Assembly (NCBI GenBank): GCA_016748015.1
Contig: JAAOMT010000128.1
Location: 2,425,538-2,489,537 of the forward strand
Source: Geosiphon pyriformis uo1
Lineage: Eukaryota; Fungi; Glomeromycota
Direction: 5' to 3'
DNA: 64,000 nt
Shown here: positions 51,901 to 64,000 of the stretch, one piece after another
Layout: each line of letters begins with the position of its first letter
How positions within the stretch are numbered: position 1 is the stretch's first letter
Notes under the pieces: model-generated
Told to the model about the DNA's origin: nothing
Databases searched by the model: none
The model's input: the letters and a program-made list of their open reading frames with translations, nothing else
Program-made: the position numbers and the translations under genes

Positions 51901-54900
51901 TACATTTCCTTTTCCACTTGATCCAAACCCATTGATTCCTTAAGCAGTGAGGCCTAACTCTTTTTGGGTTGTTATCAGGGTTAATTGGGGTATTTTAACT
52001 AGGGGTAAGAAAATAGCTTGGGCAATCTTTTCTTGTGATTCTATTTTGTAGGGTCTGTTCAAATTGTTCTGTAGCATCACGATGATGTTTCCCGTGTAAC
52101 CGGCATCAATGATTCCTTCTTTTATGTCGATTTTTTTCTTGGCTAGACTAGATCAAGAGGCAACTTGTACCATTGTACTAACAGGAATTTTTAATGCTAT
52201 CTTAAGATCTATTTTTACGAGGGAATGTGAGGCTATAATAATGGATGATTGTTTGAGATATCGTAGGTTGAAACTGGTATCAGTGTCATGTGCTCTTTCG
52301 GGGCAGATTCTTTTCTCATTGTTACTGTATCATTTTAGCTCTAGTTCTTTGGATAGGTTGGGATATGCGAGATACTGTTCTGTTTTAGTATCCTCAGTTG
52401 GATCTTGGAACGACATGTCCTCGGTGATCAATACCTCTTCTTCGGGCTCAGGTAGTTCAGTGATTGGAAACAGTATTCTTGGAGGTGGATTGAATATAAG
52501 ATCACATTCGTCGTAGTACTGGAAGTAACAGGGGATCAAACAGTAATCACACAGTTTGGTATTCAAATCGGCCAATCTTTGCTCCTGTTCTTCGCGAGTT
52601 GGGGCCAATTCCTGATATCGGTTCTGAAATACGTCTGGGTTATCTGTGAAGAAATCATTCTTGGGGTAGTCTGGTCCAGTATATTTGGGCATCTAAGGAT
52701 TGTCTTTGATTTCTTGTATTTTTTCGGGCATGGCACCTTCAGTCTTGGCACTTCCTATTCTCCAGATTTTGTGGTTATCATGTGGATAACCATCTAGCCT
52801 GTTGAGTGCTCATTTCCAAGTGTCCTTGATGGGAGTTCCCTTTTGTACTCAATTATTGATTAATATGGTGTATTGACAAGCCTCGTCGCATGTTCTTCTT
52901 CTGCCAGGCACATCATTCCAGAGTCTTTTATCTGGCAGGATTTCACCACATGTGAGGCATGATGTGTGGTCCCACTTGTCTTGTCATTTTGGTCGTCTAA
53001 ATCTTTCCAGTAAACAAGGCCTGCAATAGTATTTGGTGGTGGTGGACCATTTTTCGTTGTCCCTGATACATGCATCCATAGTGGATAGTTTTTTTCCACA
53101 TCAACACATATTAGTCTTGGGGGTTGGTAAACTAAGTTTCTTTGGTTCAAGATTACGTATCCTAGTGATGACAATTGGATTCTTCTTCGGCTCTGCCTTT
53201 TCTTTTTTCTTTCCAGATTGGTGGTGGGGGTAGTTCAGTTTGATAATCATCTGCCCATAAAACCTGATAGGTCTTGATAGTTGGTGGCATTGATGTGTCT
53301 TCGAATTCAATAAGGAGTTCCTCGGTACGTTGGGTTTTAAAGTGTCTGCATGTAGCTGGAACTTGGACATACTGTTTGTTGAACGTGAGTTAAAGTTCTT
53401 GGGTGTTCCAGTCGAGAGTAGTATTGGCTTTTAACAACCAGTTATTTCCTACTAGAGCTTGATATTGAGTAGCTTTTATGACAAATACTTTGATAGGGAT
53501 TTGGATTCCATTAATCTTGAAAGGAAAGTTGTCAATTTCTCCTATTGGGGTTTTTGTGTTCCAATCCACTGTAATAATCCAGACAGTAGTGGCATAGTCT
53601 ATTCAGTGACCTAGTTGGTCCATGAGCTGCTTCGTGATTATGCTATGAGCTGATCTGCTATCCAGGATTAATTTAATGTCTATTTCTCCGACTCTGGTAT
53701 TGGTGTATAGGGCCGTTATTGGTTTATCTTGATTGATGGCTGCTCCACTAAAAAGGCTATGGGTGTTCAAATTATCAATGTCAAAAGGAAATATGGCGGC
53801 TAGGGTGGTGTCTTTGGTAATAGTGGCTGGTGGGATATTGCTTTTTGTTTGCTTGGAAGGTTGGGAGATTTGTTCTATATCCCCCCCTTCCACAGGTGTA
53901 GATTTATCAAAACTCTGGTTTTCCATAAGACTGAGATAAGAAGCTTGATTTGGGTATCCAGTTGGTGTTAGTCGAGATTGGGCAGGACTGCGAGAGATTG
54001 GTTGAGACAGTTCACTGTTGGTTTACATCTAATTGTTGTTGGGATTCCTCCATCCCTGATTATAGTTTATAGCTCGAGGTCTGGATGGGCTGTAAGGTGA
54101 AGTTTGATAGTGAGAGATTGCTTGTGTTATTGGTGGTGGTTGATAATAATTCTGGGGTGGTGGTTGAGTGTACGGGACTTGTTGTGCGTATAGGGGCAGT
54201 TGATTCCGAGGTATAGAATATTGAGGTACCATGTTTTGCTGATATCTGAATTGCTGGTATGGGTTTTCTTGATTTTAGTTCATGATCTTTCTTCTGCAGT
54301 CATGGGCAATATGTCTAGGTTTCTGGCAGTAGTAACAGTTGTGGGAATTGGATCTCCAAGATTGTTGCTGTTGCTGACAGTTCTATTGCTGTGGGTATCT
54401 GCTGTTGTTGTTATTTTCTCTCTGTTGGGGTGGTTGGTAAGTTTCTGTAGTTCTGGCTAAAAATCCCTCAATTTTCTGAGTTAGTTTCTCACTCAATTGG
54501 GTTATCTTTGCATCAATGTCAAAGGTTCCATTAATGGCTAAATTAACAGCTTGAGTATGGTTCACTTTTTGTTCCACAGACTCAAAATTGTAAGCAAGAG
54601 TGATGGTGTCTTGTAAACTGGTTGGATGGCAGAGTCTTATGAATCTTAGAATACTATCCCGCAATCTTTTAATGAATTAATTAAGAACTTGCACCGCAGT
54701 GTAGTAGTCTCTTTCGATAGCTAATATTTGATGCAGGATTTGATTGAATTGTCCGAGATAAGTAGTTACTGCTTCGTGATCTTTTTGTTTAATTATGCTG
54801 AATTGATTCTGCAATTGGATTAACGTATTGGGGTCACAGAAGTATTGCAAAAATGTGAGTTTAAACTCAGTAAAGGAGGTAGGCTTCTCTGTCAGGCTCT

Positions 54901-55873
54901 GGTACCATGAATTGGCAGTTCCAGTCAGAAAAAACAGCAGTGCCTGAACTGTACAGTTGTCATTCCAACCATTAGTGGTAATTGCTTTCTTGGCGTCTGT
55001 GATCCAAGAATATGCATTATTTTCTTCACCAAAAAATTTTTCCAATTTAGCAATATCTCAGTAAGCCATGATCCGGTTAATGGGTGGGGTGTTACTGGTT
55101 ATGTTTAAAAGGATTGGTGTCTGTGTATTTGAGTATTCTCTGGGTGCTAATGCTGGTTGCTTTCCTTTGTCACTTGAACCAATAGGTTGTAAGATAGCTG
55201 TTTCTGCCGTCAGGAAAGATGCTGATTCTGCTAGGTTTTGTGCTGGTGGCTGTTCTCAAGTTGATGGGTTTCTTTCTATTTGACTGGCTGCTGGGGTAAG
55301 ATTTCCAAACAGCAATCCATATTCTTCTAGTGATTTGGTCCAACTGTGTTGATTCTAAGGGTGTGGATTTTCAGGAGTTTGTGGTGTTTCTGACTGGGTT
55401 TCCAGGAATGGGTTGAATACAATTCTACTTTGGGGTGTCTGATGGTATGATGGAGTTGTTGGAAAGAGGACCCTTGGTTTCTTGTTGACTGTGAACTTGG
55501 CTTGGGCAGTTATGGAGTTGTTGGATTCGTTTTTGTATTCCTCAGGGTCAGATTCCACTGGTTGTTGTACTTGAGGGAATTATTGTGCCATGTAATATTT
55601 AATGTCTGTATCGATTATGCACAGAGTTTCAGCAATTGCTTGGGTAGTCATGGCTGTTGAGTACTCTAGTAAGCTTTGATGGATTTGTTCTCCAAGTCTT
55701 CTTGTATCAGTTGTGCGGCCTAACAAGCAGTCAATTTTTGCATTGATATAGTTACAAAAATCACTTTCTGCATAAGCAGTTCTTGCTGGTATTTCTAGGT
55801 CTTTTCAAAAGTATTGAAATAGTGCTTTTCTATATGAGGAGTGGTCCTTTCCTATTGTTCTAATAGTTGCCAC
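48942..55873 (-). pseudogene. Element D internal: gag-PR-Cys-rich-dUTPase-RT-RNase H (55873-50086) and integrase (50075-48942)
   Basis: FCVDYRKLN, LDLASGYWQ, YLNN (decayed YLDD), GFLGLAGYY; RNase H LGAVLSQ..EKNYSTTDLE; HHCC CDTCQRR, IDLVGP, TKWPEA. Confidence 0.95.
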
Positions 55874-55935
55874 TTTTATGTATTTTTGGGGGTGCTCTGT
55901 CTCTGTGGATTTATAATCTCACAGGGAGCACTAAA

Positions 55936-56340
55936 TGTTATGGGTAAACTTGGTTGGTATGGGAAATGGTAACGTTTGGCACTCTCAATTATTGATGATG
56001 CATCTTCTGTGTAATTCTGTTGGCTTAATCTTGATTATCAGTCTCTGAAGGTTTATTCCTGGATGTGAATTTTACCCATTGAGTTCTTTGGTTATAAGGC
56101 ACAGAGTTTGTCTTTTATCAATTGCAATGTTTTTCATAAATGTGAGCTTTCTTCTTCAAGCTAATGAGTGCAGTCATTAGGATCTGGCATTGTCTTTTTG
56201 CCTTTCTGGTAAGCTAACAAGATAATGTTAATATCCAAAATTTAGGGAGAGCTTCCCTCTTTTACCAGGTTATCATGAAGTCTATTCCCAGACAGTTGAT
56301 TTTACTATGTTGTCACTCCACAAAAATAGGACAGAAAAAG

Positions 56341-56410
<70 letters not shown>

Positions 56411-57059
56411 AAAAAAAGATAAATTAGTATTGTCAATTGTCATAATCAAGAGCAATTGGTCCAAATCATTAATAGATTTGAGGCGGTTATGCTAAAAGCA
56501 TCTGTTCTAGAACAGAGGTACGAGACAAGGGTTAATTCACGTAAATTCCACGAAGTTTGAGAACATGAATTCATGATTCTAATTTCTTTTAATAATTGGT
56601 TTATTTCAGGAGATAAAATAGGGAAAATAATAAAGGATAAAGGAATATGGATATTTTTAATTCTGGTCTAGAGGTTTGTATTTGTTTTGTTTGTCTTTTC
56701 TCACTTCTATAATTACTTGCTTTTATACATTCTTTTGGTTTTATAGGATTGCTTTCAATTGTCTCGCTATTGCTAGCTATTGCTTTGTTGTTTCTGTTAT
56801 TGCTTCATTTTTCTACATTATCACTAGTTATCCTATGTTATAACATGTTATCTGACATTATTACATGTTATTCTGTGTTATCCTGCATTATAACACATTA
56901 TTCTACGTTATTGCGCACTATTCTGTGTTATCTTGCATTATAACACATTATCCTATCTTATAATGCATTATCCAACATTATTGCACATTATTTTGTGTTA
57001 TGTCATGTTTTGGTCACGTTTCTTCATAACTTTGGATCGGTTTTTCTACTTGGGTAACA
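55936..57059 (-). repeat. Element D 5' LTR
   Basis: Followed on the minus strand by PBS tagtgctccctgtgag (55933-55918). Confidence 0.95.
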
Positions 57060-57782
57060 ATAAGCAGAATTAAAATTAAATGCAACAAAGTATTTTTTTG
57101 GCAAAACAGAACTAAAATTCTTAAAACACATAGTTAGCAAAGATGGCATAAAAACAGATCTGGAGAAAATAGAGATAGTAAAAAACTTTCCAATACCAAC
57201 CAACGTAACCAAGCTGAAATTATTCTTAGAATTCATGAGCTATTATAGATGCTTCATAAAGAACTTTTCAAAGATAGCACAACCATTCAATGATCTTCAA
57301 ACCAAAAATGCAAAGTATGAATGGACTGAAACCTAGCAAAAAGCATTTGACATTTTAAGAAGAAAGCTTATTTAAGCTCCAGTATTGATTTATCCAGATC
57401 ATAGTAAACCATTCATTATCACCACCAATGCATCAGGTCAAGCATTGGGAGCAGTACTATTTCAGAGAAGACCAGATAAAAGAAAACATCCAGTTGCATA
57501 CACCAGCCAAGGTTTAACACCAGCTGAAAAGAACTATAGAACACCAGAATTAGAACATTTAGCAATCTATTGGGCAGTTATGAAATAGAAAGAATACTTG
57601 AGCCAAAAGTTTGAGGTGTATACAGATTACAAAAGATTAACATCACTCCAAAACAAGAATTTGGAGATGGAAGACAGTCAAGATAGAAAATGGCACTTTC
57701 GCCACATACTTATACCATACATTATAAAAAGAGAAAAGACAATGGAAATGCTGATGGTTTGTCGTGAATAGAACAATTCTAA
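57060..57782 (+). pseudogene. RT C-terminal half and RNase H resuming after the element D insertion
   Basis: FERLQQ (46507, minus) joins AELKLN; TSD acaa/ataa; ASGQALGAVL..AEKNY..ELEHLAIYWA. Confidence 0.9.
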
Positions 57783-57843
57783 GAACATTTCAACCCAAAA
57801 ATATAACAAAACCAAAACAATACTCACAAAAATATAACAAAAG

Positions 57844-59226
57844 ATGAACACACAAAAATATTAACAACTTCAACATTATATAGATACTCAATAGTTCAAG
57901 AAGAAATTATCTCAACTGAAACAAAAGAGGATCAAACAACAATCCAAATATTTTATCACTCACCAAAATATACTTTATCAGAAAAATAGAAAAGATTCAG
58001 ATCAACCAACCAGAATAATTACAGAATCAGAAAAAAAGACAATACTGTTCAACATGCACTCAGATCCAACTGCAAGACATTTTTATAAAGAAGCAACCAT
58101 GGAAAGAACCAGAAAGAGATACTATTGGCCATCAATGTATCCAGACATTATCCAATATGTGCAAAATTGTGATGCTTGTCAAAGAAGAGGAGGAACAAGA
58201 CCCAGCAAACCATTGAGACTAATCAAAGTGGGACAACCATTTGACTGCATTGGAATCAATTTAGTCGGACCATTGACAATTACCAGCAGAGGCAACAGAT
58301 ATATTGTAGTAGCTATGGACTATCTTACTAAATGGCCAGAAGCAAAAGCAATTCAAAGAGCAGATGCAGAATCCGTTGCCGAATTCGTCCATCAAGATCT
58401 GATTTGTTGACATAAATGTCCAAAAGAACTATTATCAGACCAAGAAACCCATTTTGTGAATAAAACATTAGCAAAATTAAGCCAAAGATTCGGAATTAAG
58501 AGACCACTATCATTACCATACTATCCACAAACCAATGGATTAATTAAAAAATTTAATAGAACATTGTGTAAAACAATAGCAAAACTCAGCCAAGAAAACC
58601 AAAATGAATAAGATTTGTTCATACCATCAGTATTATTTGCTTATTGGACAATAAAGCAAGACACCACACAAGCAACACCATTTAAATTAATATATGGTAG
58701 AACAGCAACATTACCAGTTGAGATAGAGGTTAACACATATCTAACTGAACCAATAACAGAAAAAAGTTTCCAAGAAACATTGTTAAAAAGAACATATAAC
58801 TTAATAGAAACATTGGAAAACAAATGAAAAAGAACAGTTGATAACATACAAAAGTCACAAGAGAAACAGAAAGAAAGACATGATAATCAACTACCAGACA
58901 AACCAGTTGAATTCAAGATTGGAGACAAAGTACTTTTACATCATACCAAAGCGGAAAAACAATGGAGTGGAAAATTCGACTCCAAATGGAATAGACCATT
59001 TCACATAGAAGAAATTCTAGGGAATGGGACTTACAAATTAAGACTGAATAACAAAATCTTAATCAAAGCAATACATAGAGATCCACTAAAACCATACCAT
59101 AACATCACATTACTATTCACCAGTAATATTCCACAATTAGGAGTACAGAGGATACTAGTCCAACCAGAGGAAATTCCATGAGATCTGGAACCAATTATTA
59201 TCATTGACAACAACACGTTAAATTAA
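57844..59226 (+). pseudogene. Integrase ORF (HHCC, DDE, GPF/Y tail; no chromodomain seen)
   Basis: ATG 57844; HSDPTARH..YYWPSM..CDACQRR; GINLVGP; YPQTNGLI; single frame with point-mutation stops. Confidence 0.9.
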
Positions 59227-59250
59227 TCCATCAAAAAAATATATAAAGAC

Positions 59251-59910
59251 ATGGTAGATGTGACAAAAAATATCAGAAAAATAGAAATTACAGACAACAT
59301 CCACTCACTAGCACAACAACTCTTTCAATTGATTCAACTCCAAGAGATGGAAATTACAATTAATCAACAAACCATCTGATATCAAGACACTAGAAAGATA
59401 TTGCCACATAGAACACAGAAAAAAACAGAAAATACTGTTGACAAAATCATTGCAAAAGTAAAATTAGCAATAAAAGAGTCGACAAAAGAGTCACTATACC
59501 AAGAATTAACTAAAGAAACTTGGAATTAGTGAATACAACAATTTCCAAGAAACTATTGTTATTTTTACTTGGGACAACACGTGAATATCCAGAATCTATA
59601 TACAGATAAAACAAAGCAATTATTCGACACAAGAATACTACAACAATTAGAACATTTTGTGGGAAAGAACAACTTATCCACACAGGCCCAAGCCATATAC
59701 TGAATACACACAGCATTTCAGGATCAACCAGAAATTTTACTCAATAAAGCAATGGATACGGTTACCAATAATTAATTAGGAAAGATCACTAATGCTTAAT
59801 TTGAAGAATTACAAACTCAAATAACACAAGTAATTCTCGAAAATGAAATTCAAGAAATACTTTAAGAAAAGAAATTAACAGAATTAGATTTCAATGGAGC
59901 TCAATATTAA
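59251..59910 (+). pseudogene. ORF3, uncharacterised protein of about 219 aa in the env position
   Basis: One frame from ATG to TAA abutting PPT aaaaggagggaa; homologous to 44649-45383, about 10590-11237 and about 770-1336. Confidence 0.8.
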
Positions 59911-59923
59911 AAGGAGGGAATAA

Positions 59924-60724
59924 TGTTACTCATAAAAATATAGGGAATATATATTAGCATAGTTATTAGCCAATCAGAAGTAGATGTAGTAAAATGTAGA
60001 ATTCCAGGATTCCTCTCAAAAATTACAGGATTCTCACAAAGAATCATGGGATTCCTGTTGTAAAGAATTGAGGAATTGAGGAATCTCAATTATGTATATA
60101 TAGCAGTAGGATTAGAAGCTGAAAAAACAGACCTCTCAGTTTAGATTTCATCTAGACAACTTTCCAAAACCACAAATAAATAAACTATTTGTTATCTCAA
60201 ACCTGCTGCCACTATCAACACTTCATGTTGATAGTAATTGATACTTAACCACATTGGAACAATAGCTCTTGATCACACCTATTGATGGAAAACTAACTTG
60301 CAAATCGTCTTGGCTTATTTCTTTTCTTTCTTTATTTTTATTTTTTTTCTTTATTTCTTGCTTTGATTTTATTGTTGTTTACTAACTCTATTGAGGATTA
60401 ATGCATGGGGTACTGACATCAAGATAAACATGACTGGTAAAAGACCCAGAAATAAGAATAGAACACTTAATTGAGGATAGCTTACCAGGAGGAATACCAG
60501 CCATCAAGCTGAGAAAGAAATTGACGAAACTGTGGTTTTGGGAAGCTATAGATAAAACTATTATCATTGAATCTCTGTCCATTATACAAAAAACTCAACC
60601 AAACTCTTTGGATACAAACCCTTCAGACACAAACCTTCAGATCACTATCAACTGCAACTAGATTTGAGTATCAAATTACGAGTTTTGTTATTTAATCTAA
60701 CACCAGAAATAGTTATCTGTAACA
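59924..60724 (+). repeat. Element A 3' LTR
   Basis: tgttactc to ctgtaaca; 73 bp shorter than the 5' LTR, in the U3 repeat array. Confidence 0.95.
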
Positions 60725-63700
60725 ACATGTAGTTTTTTTGTTCTCTTCTAGTACTGATTTGTCTTCTAATACTGGAATCTTTTCTGCAATCCTTGTTTCT
60801 CTTAGTAATTTTGACTTGTATGACTGTTTGGCTTCTTTGAAATGCTCTGTAGAGCTTCTGTCAGACCAAGTTTCTGGTATTTTAAAAAAGTTGAGCTTTG
60901 TTGAGTTGGTGCCTTTGGCAATCTTATTTCTTATTCCCTTTTTTGTTGTTTCTGCATTTTTGAAGTCAGGTTTGAATTTGAATATGGCTGTGAATAATGT
61001 GTTGGTGCCACCTATTCTTCTTCTTACTGGTATTAATGTTGATGTGTCTGGTTTTAGCTCTAGTAGTTCCAAGATTCTGACCACTAAGATGAGTAGTTTG
61101 GAGTCTAAAATAGTGGTGTTAGATGTATCAGTTAATTCGGTTTTGGTGAGATTGGATCATTTGTGTTCTGGTTTGGATTTATCAGTTCTTCTTAATCCTT
61201 AATAAGTGATTTGGTTTGGAAAATTGTCACATGCAATATTAGAGATATGAACAATTTTGCAAAACAGGCTGATATAATTCATTGGCATAAAGGAGTGAAC
61301 AATTTGATTTCTGTTGTTACTGAGATTAAGTTGAAGGATAAAGTCTGTCCATAGATTATAAATAAGTTTGATAGTATCCAGGTCTTCACTTTTGGTTTAG
61401 ACTCTGGTCATTTGGGTTTTGGTATTGCAATTATCATAAACAATTTGTTGGCAAGGCATGTGTGTAAAATTTCTGAGATACCTGGTTGGCTTTTTTCTTT
61501 TAAGTTACTCTTCAAAAATAAACTTTCTGTTTCAATTCTGGGACTCTATGCTGGTACTTCTCCTGTGGTTTGATTCTCCCAAGCTGGTAATATCAATTCT
61601 ATGATTGCTAAAGCCGTAAATGAATCTTTTTTCATTGTTTTGGGTGGCAACTTTAATGAGAATAGTTCTTATAAGTATGCCAGTTTCAAAAAGTGTCTGA
61701 ATCTTGGTTTGGTTAATTCCTTGGATAAAAGTTCTTATGTAAAAGCACCAATATGGACTAACTCTTAAAATGTGGCTAAGACAATCAATTTTTTGTTTGT
61801 TTTTTTGAACTTAGTTAATGCTGTGGTGGATTGCAATATATTTGATGTTGAAGAATTTTTTAATACTGATCATTAAGCTGTTTCCATGTTGGTGGGTTTG
61901 GGTGGATTGCTTAATATGCAGCTGAACTTCTTTTGCAAATAAACAAATAGGGATCATTAGAAATTTGACTACAGAGATGCAGATAATGTCAGATAAATTA
62001 AGTTTAAAGAGGATATAATGGCAAATACTACTATGTTTTATGATGAGTTTTTTGCATTTGAGAAGCATTTGAACTTGAATGCAATGTGAAATACACTTTG
62101 CAGAGTGGTGTGTCTATTAACTGATACAGTTTTTAAGAGAAAATAGTCCAAGGGCTATGACAGTGTTTTTACAAAGGAGTTGTCTAAGTTTCACAAGCTG
62201 AAGCTTTTGGTGTTTAAAATTGTTAAGGCCTCTTATTTGGTTTTTAGTAAGAAGTTTGCATTTTTGCTTGTTAAGTGGCACAGTTTGAATGTAGTCAATG
62301 TTTTTGTGGTGAAGTCTCTCTTTTTTTCAGGTTCTTATTTTAACACTATTTGTTCAGTTTTGGCTAAGATTAGAAGTTTTATCATTCTTCTAAGATATTA
62401 AAATTAGAGTATGCTAGAGTTTTTTAAATCAGATTGTCAATCAATAAGAGGATGGAAAACTTTGAATTAAACAAGGGTCATATTATTAGGAGTATATTAA
62501 AGCACTCTTTTTGCAAGATTATTTTGGATTATCTGATTGTTAATGGCAAATTGGTTCTAGATTCTGATCTGGTTAAGGCCAAGGTGAATGTAATTATAAA
62601 GGGGTAGATTAGAAAGCATGTAGTGGTAACTGATGTATTTGATGACTGGTGTTACTAATATTAACCTTTGGAGTACATTTTTGATAATGCTTTTTCTGGT
62701 GTGATGTGTCTGATTGGTTTTGATGAGATTCTTGGTGTGATTTTGAATCTGCTTGATGAAAAAACAGCTGGTCTCTTTGGCATCTCAAATGAATTATGAA
62801 AACATTGTGACAAGTCAGTTTTGGATATGTTTTTGGTGCTTCTGAATTTTTGTTTATGTTGTGAGTCTGTTCCTAAGTCTTAGAGGGAAACTTGGGTGTT
62901 AATAATCCTCAAACTATATGAGTGAAAAAGAGTTCTTACAAATATCTGTCTGATTGCTTTGATTGAAACAGTTTGCAAGATTTTTTCTAAAATACTTTCA
63001 GACAGAATTTTTTCAGCATGCAGTGTTTTTGATGTTTTTAAGAGGGATAATTTTTCTGTTTTAAAAGACACAATGATGTAATTTCCTATTTTTGCAATTG
63101 GTTTGGTTATTAAAGATGCCTTAAAGAAGGACCATAAACTATAACTTGTCTTACAGAACATGCGGAAGGCTTATAACTATGTTGGATGGAAGCATCTTAG
63201 AAAGAGCTTGGTTAGGATAAAGATATGTGATAAATTTATTCAATTTTTTGGCAGTATTTACAACAATTAGGTTAACAGAGTTATGACTAATTTTGGATTG
63301 ACAAGTGATTACCAGGTGCATAATGGTTTGAACCAAGGGAAGATATTCTCATCTTTTCTTTGGCACATATTTTATGATCCTCTGTTGTGTAAAGTCAAGA
63401 AACAGAAAAGTGTGTGTGGATACAGGTTGAATTTGCACTTTATTGCCAGAACTGATCACTCAAAATTTTAAGCTGGTTTGACATCTTTTCTTGCTGCTGG
63501 TGTATTTGTCGATAATACAATTTGGGTTGGTAGTAACCAAACTGCTACTCAACATATTCTCAACATTGCTTGTAAATTTTTTTGGCTCAATAATATTTCA
63601 ATCAACAATAACAAGACTGTGGCCATTTTCATTAATTGTAAAGTTATACACTCTTCCTTATTAATTAGTGGCCTGCCTATTTCTATTGCTAAAAAAGGGG

Positions 63701-64000
63701 AGTCTCATTAGTACTTGGATATCTTTCTGTTTACTAAAGGCTTGTCAAAGCCCAGCTTGGTTAAAACTTATATGAATGTTTGTTTTTTTGCCAATTTTGT
63801 GTTGAAAAAAACTATCTTTAATAAACAGTTCTCATATTTGGTGTCAATAGTTTTTTTCTCAATTGTCAGCTATAGATCTCAATTCAGTTTTGTTTCTGTT
63901 AGTGTGTTGAATAAGTGAGACATTTTGATTCACAAGGGCTTAAAGTCTAAATCTGGTTTTTTGTGTGACTTTTCCAATAATGCACTTCATTATCTCTTAT
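60725..64000 (+). mobile_element. LINE continued: ORF1 end (to 61202) and decayed ORF2 with AP-endonuclease and RT, running off the window
   Basis: WKIVTCNIRDMN, VTEIKL, LGGNFNE, TDH*AV (APE); KTAGLFGISNEL, IALIETVCKIFSKIL, QNMRKAYN, GLNQG, FVDN (decayed FVDD). Confidence 0.92.

Larger units (their letters stand above)
34498..60724 (+). mobile_element. Ty3/Gypsy element A with nested insertions
   Basis: Matching LTRs, TG..CA termini, ACAT duplication at 34494-34497 and 60725-60728, PBS and PPT. Confidence 0.93.

Noticed and set aside
56282-56495. Poly-Phe and poly-Lys ORFs
   Set aside because: Translations of the LTR homopolymer, not genes

Overview
AT-rich, intron-containing fungal DNA. 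The gene style and repeat families suggest Glomeromycotina (Geosiphon-like); this is inference. A compact, CpG-retaining host gene island (about 14.0-29.2 kb) holds a conserved hypothetical gene, RPL26, SKI3, NPR3 and a DH/PH RhoGEF-like gene. It is flanked by nests of dead retroelements eroded by C>T/G>A transitions. The right-hand nest can be reconstructed: a LINE (32.9-64 kb) is split by Ty3/Gypsy element A (34498-60724, ACAT target-site duplication, TSD). A contains element B, which contains solo LTR C and antisense element D, and a 4.6-kb inversion (44335-48941) then cut across B and D. Comparing the copies reveals an unusual Gypsy lineage. It has an apparently GUG-initiated gag-PR-Cys-rich domain-dUTPase-RT-RNase H ORF, integrase in a separate ATG-initiated ORF, and a conserved non-env third ORF ending at the PPT. 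Its LTRs carry covarying stem-loops and an anti-PBS arm, and its 4-bp target sites are centred on a pyrimidine-purine (often CpG) step. ORF1-only (HAL1-like) retroposons are also present. All coordinates and alignments were read by eye.
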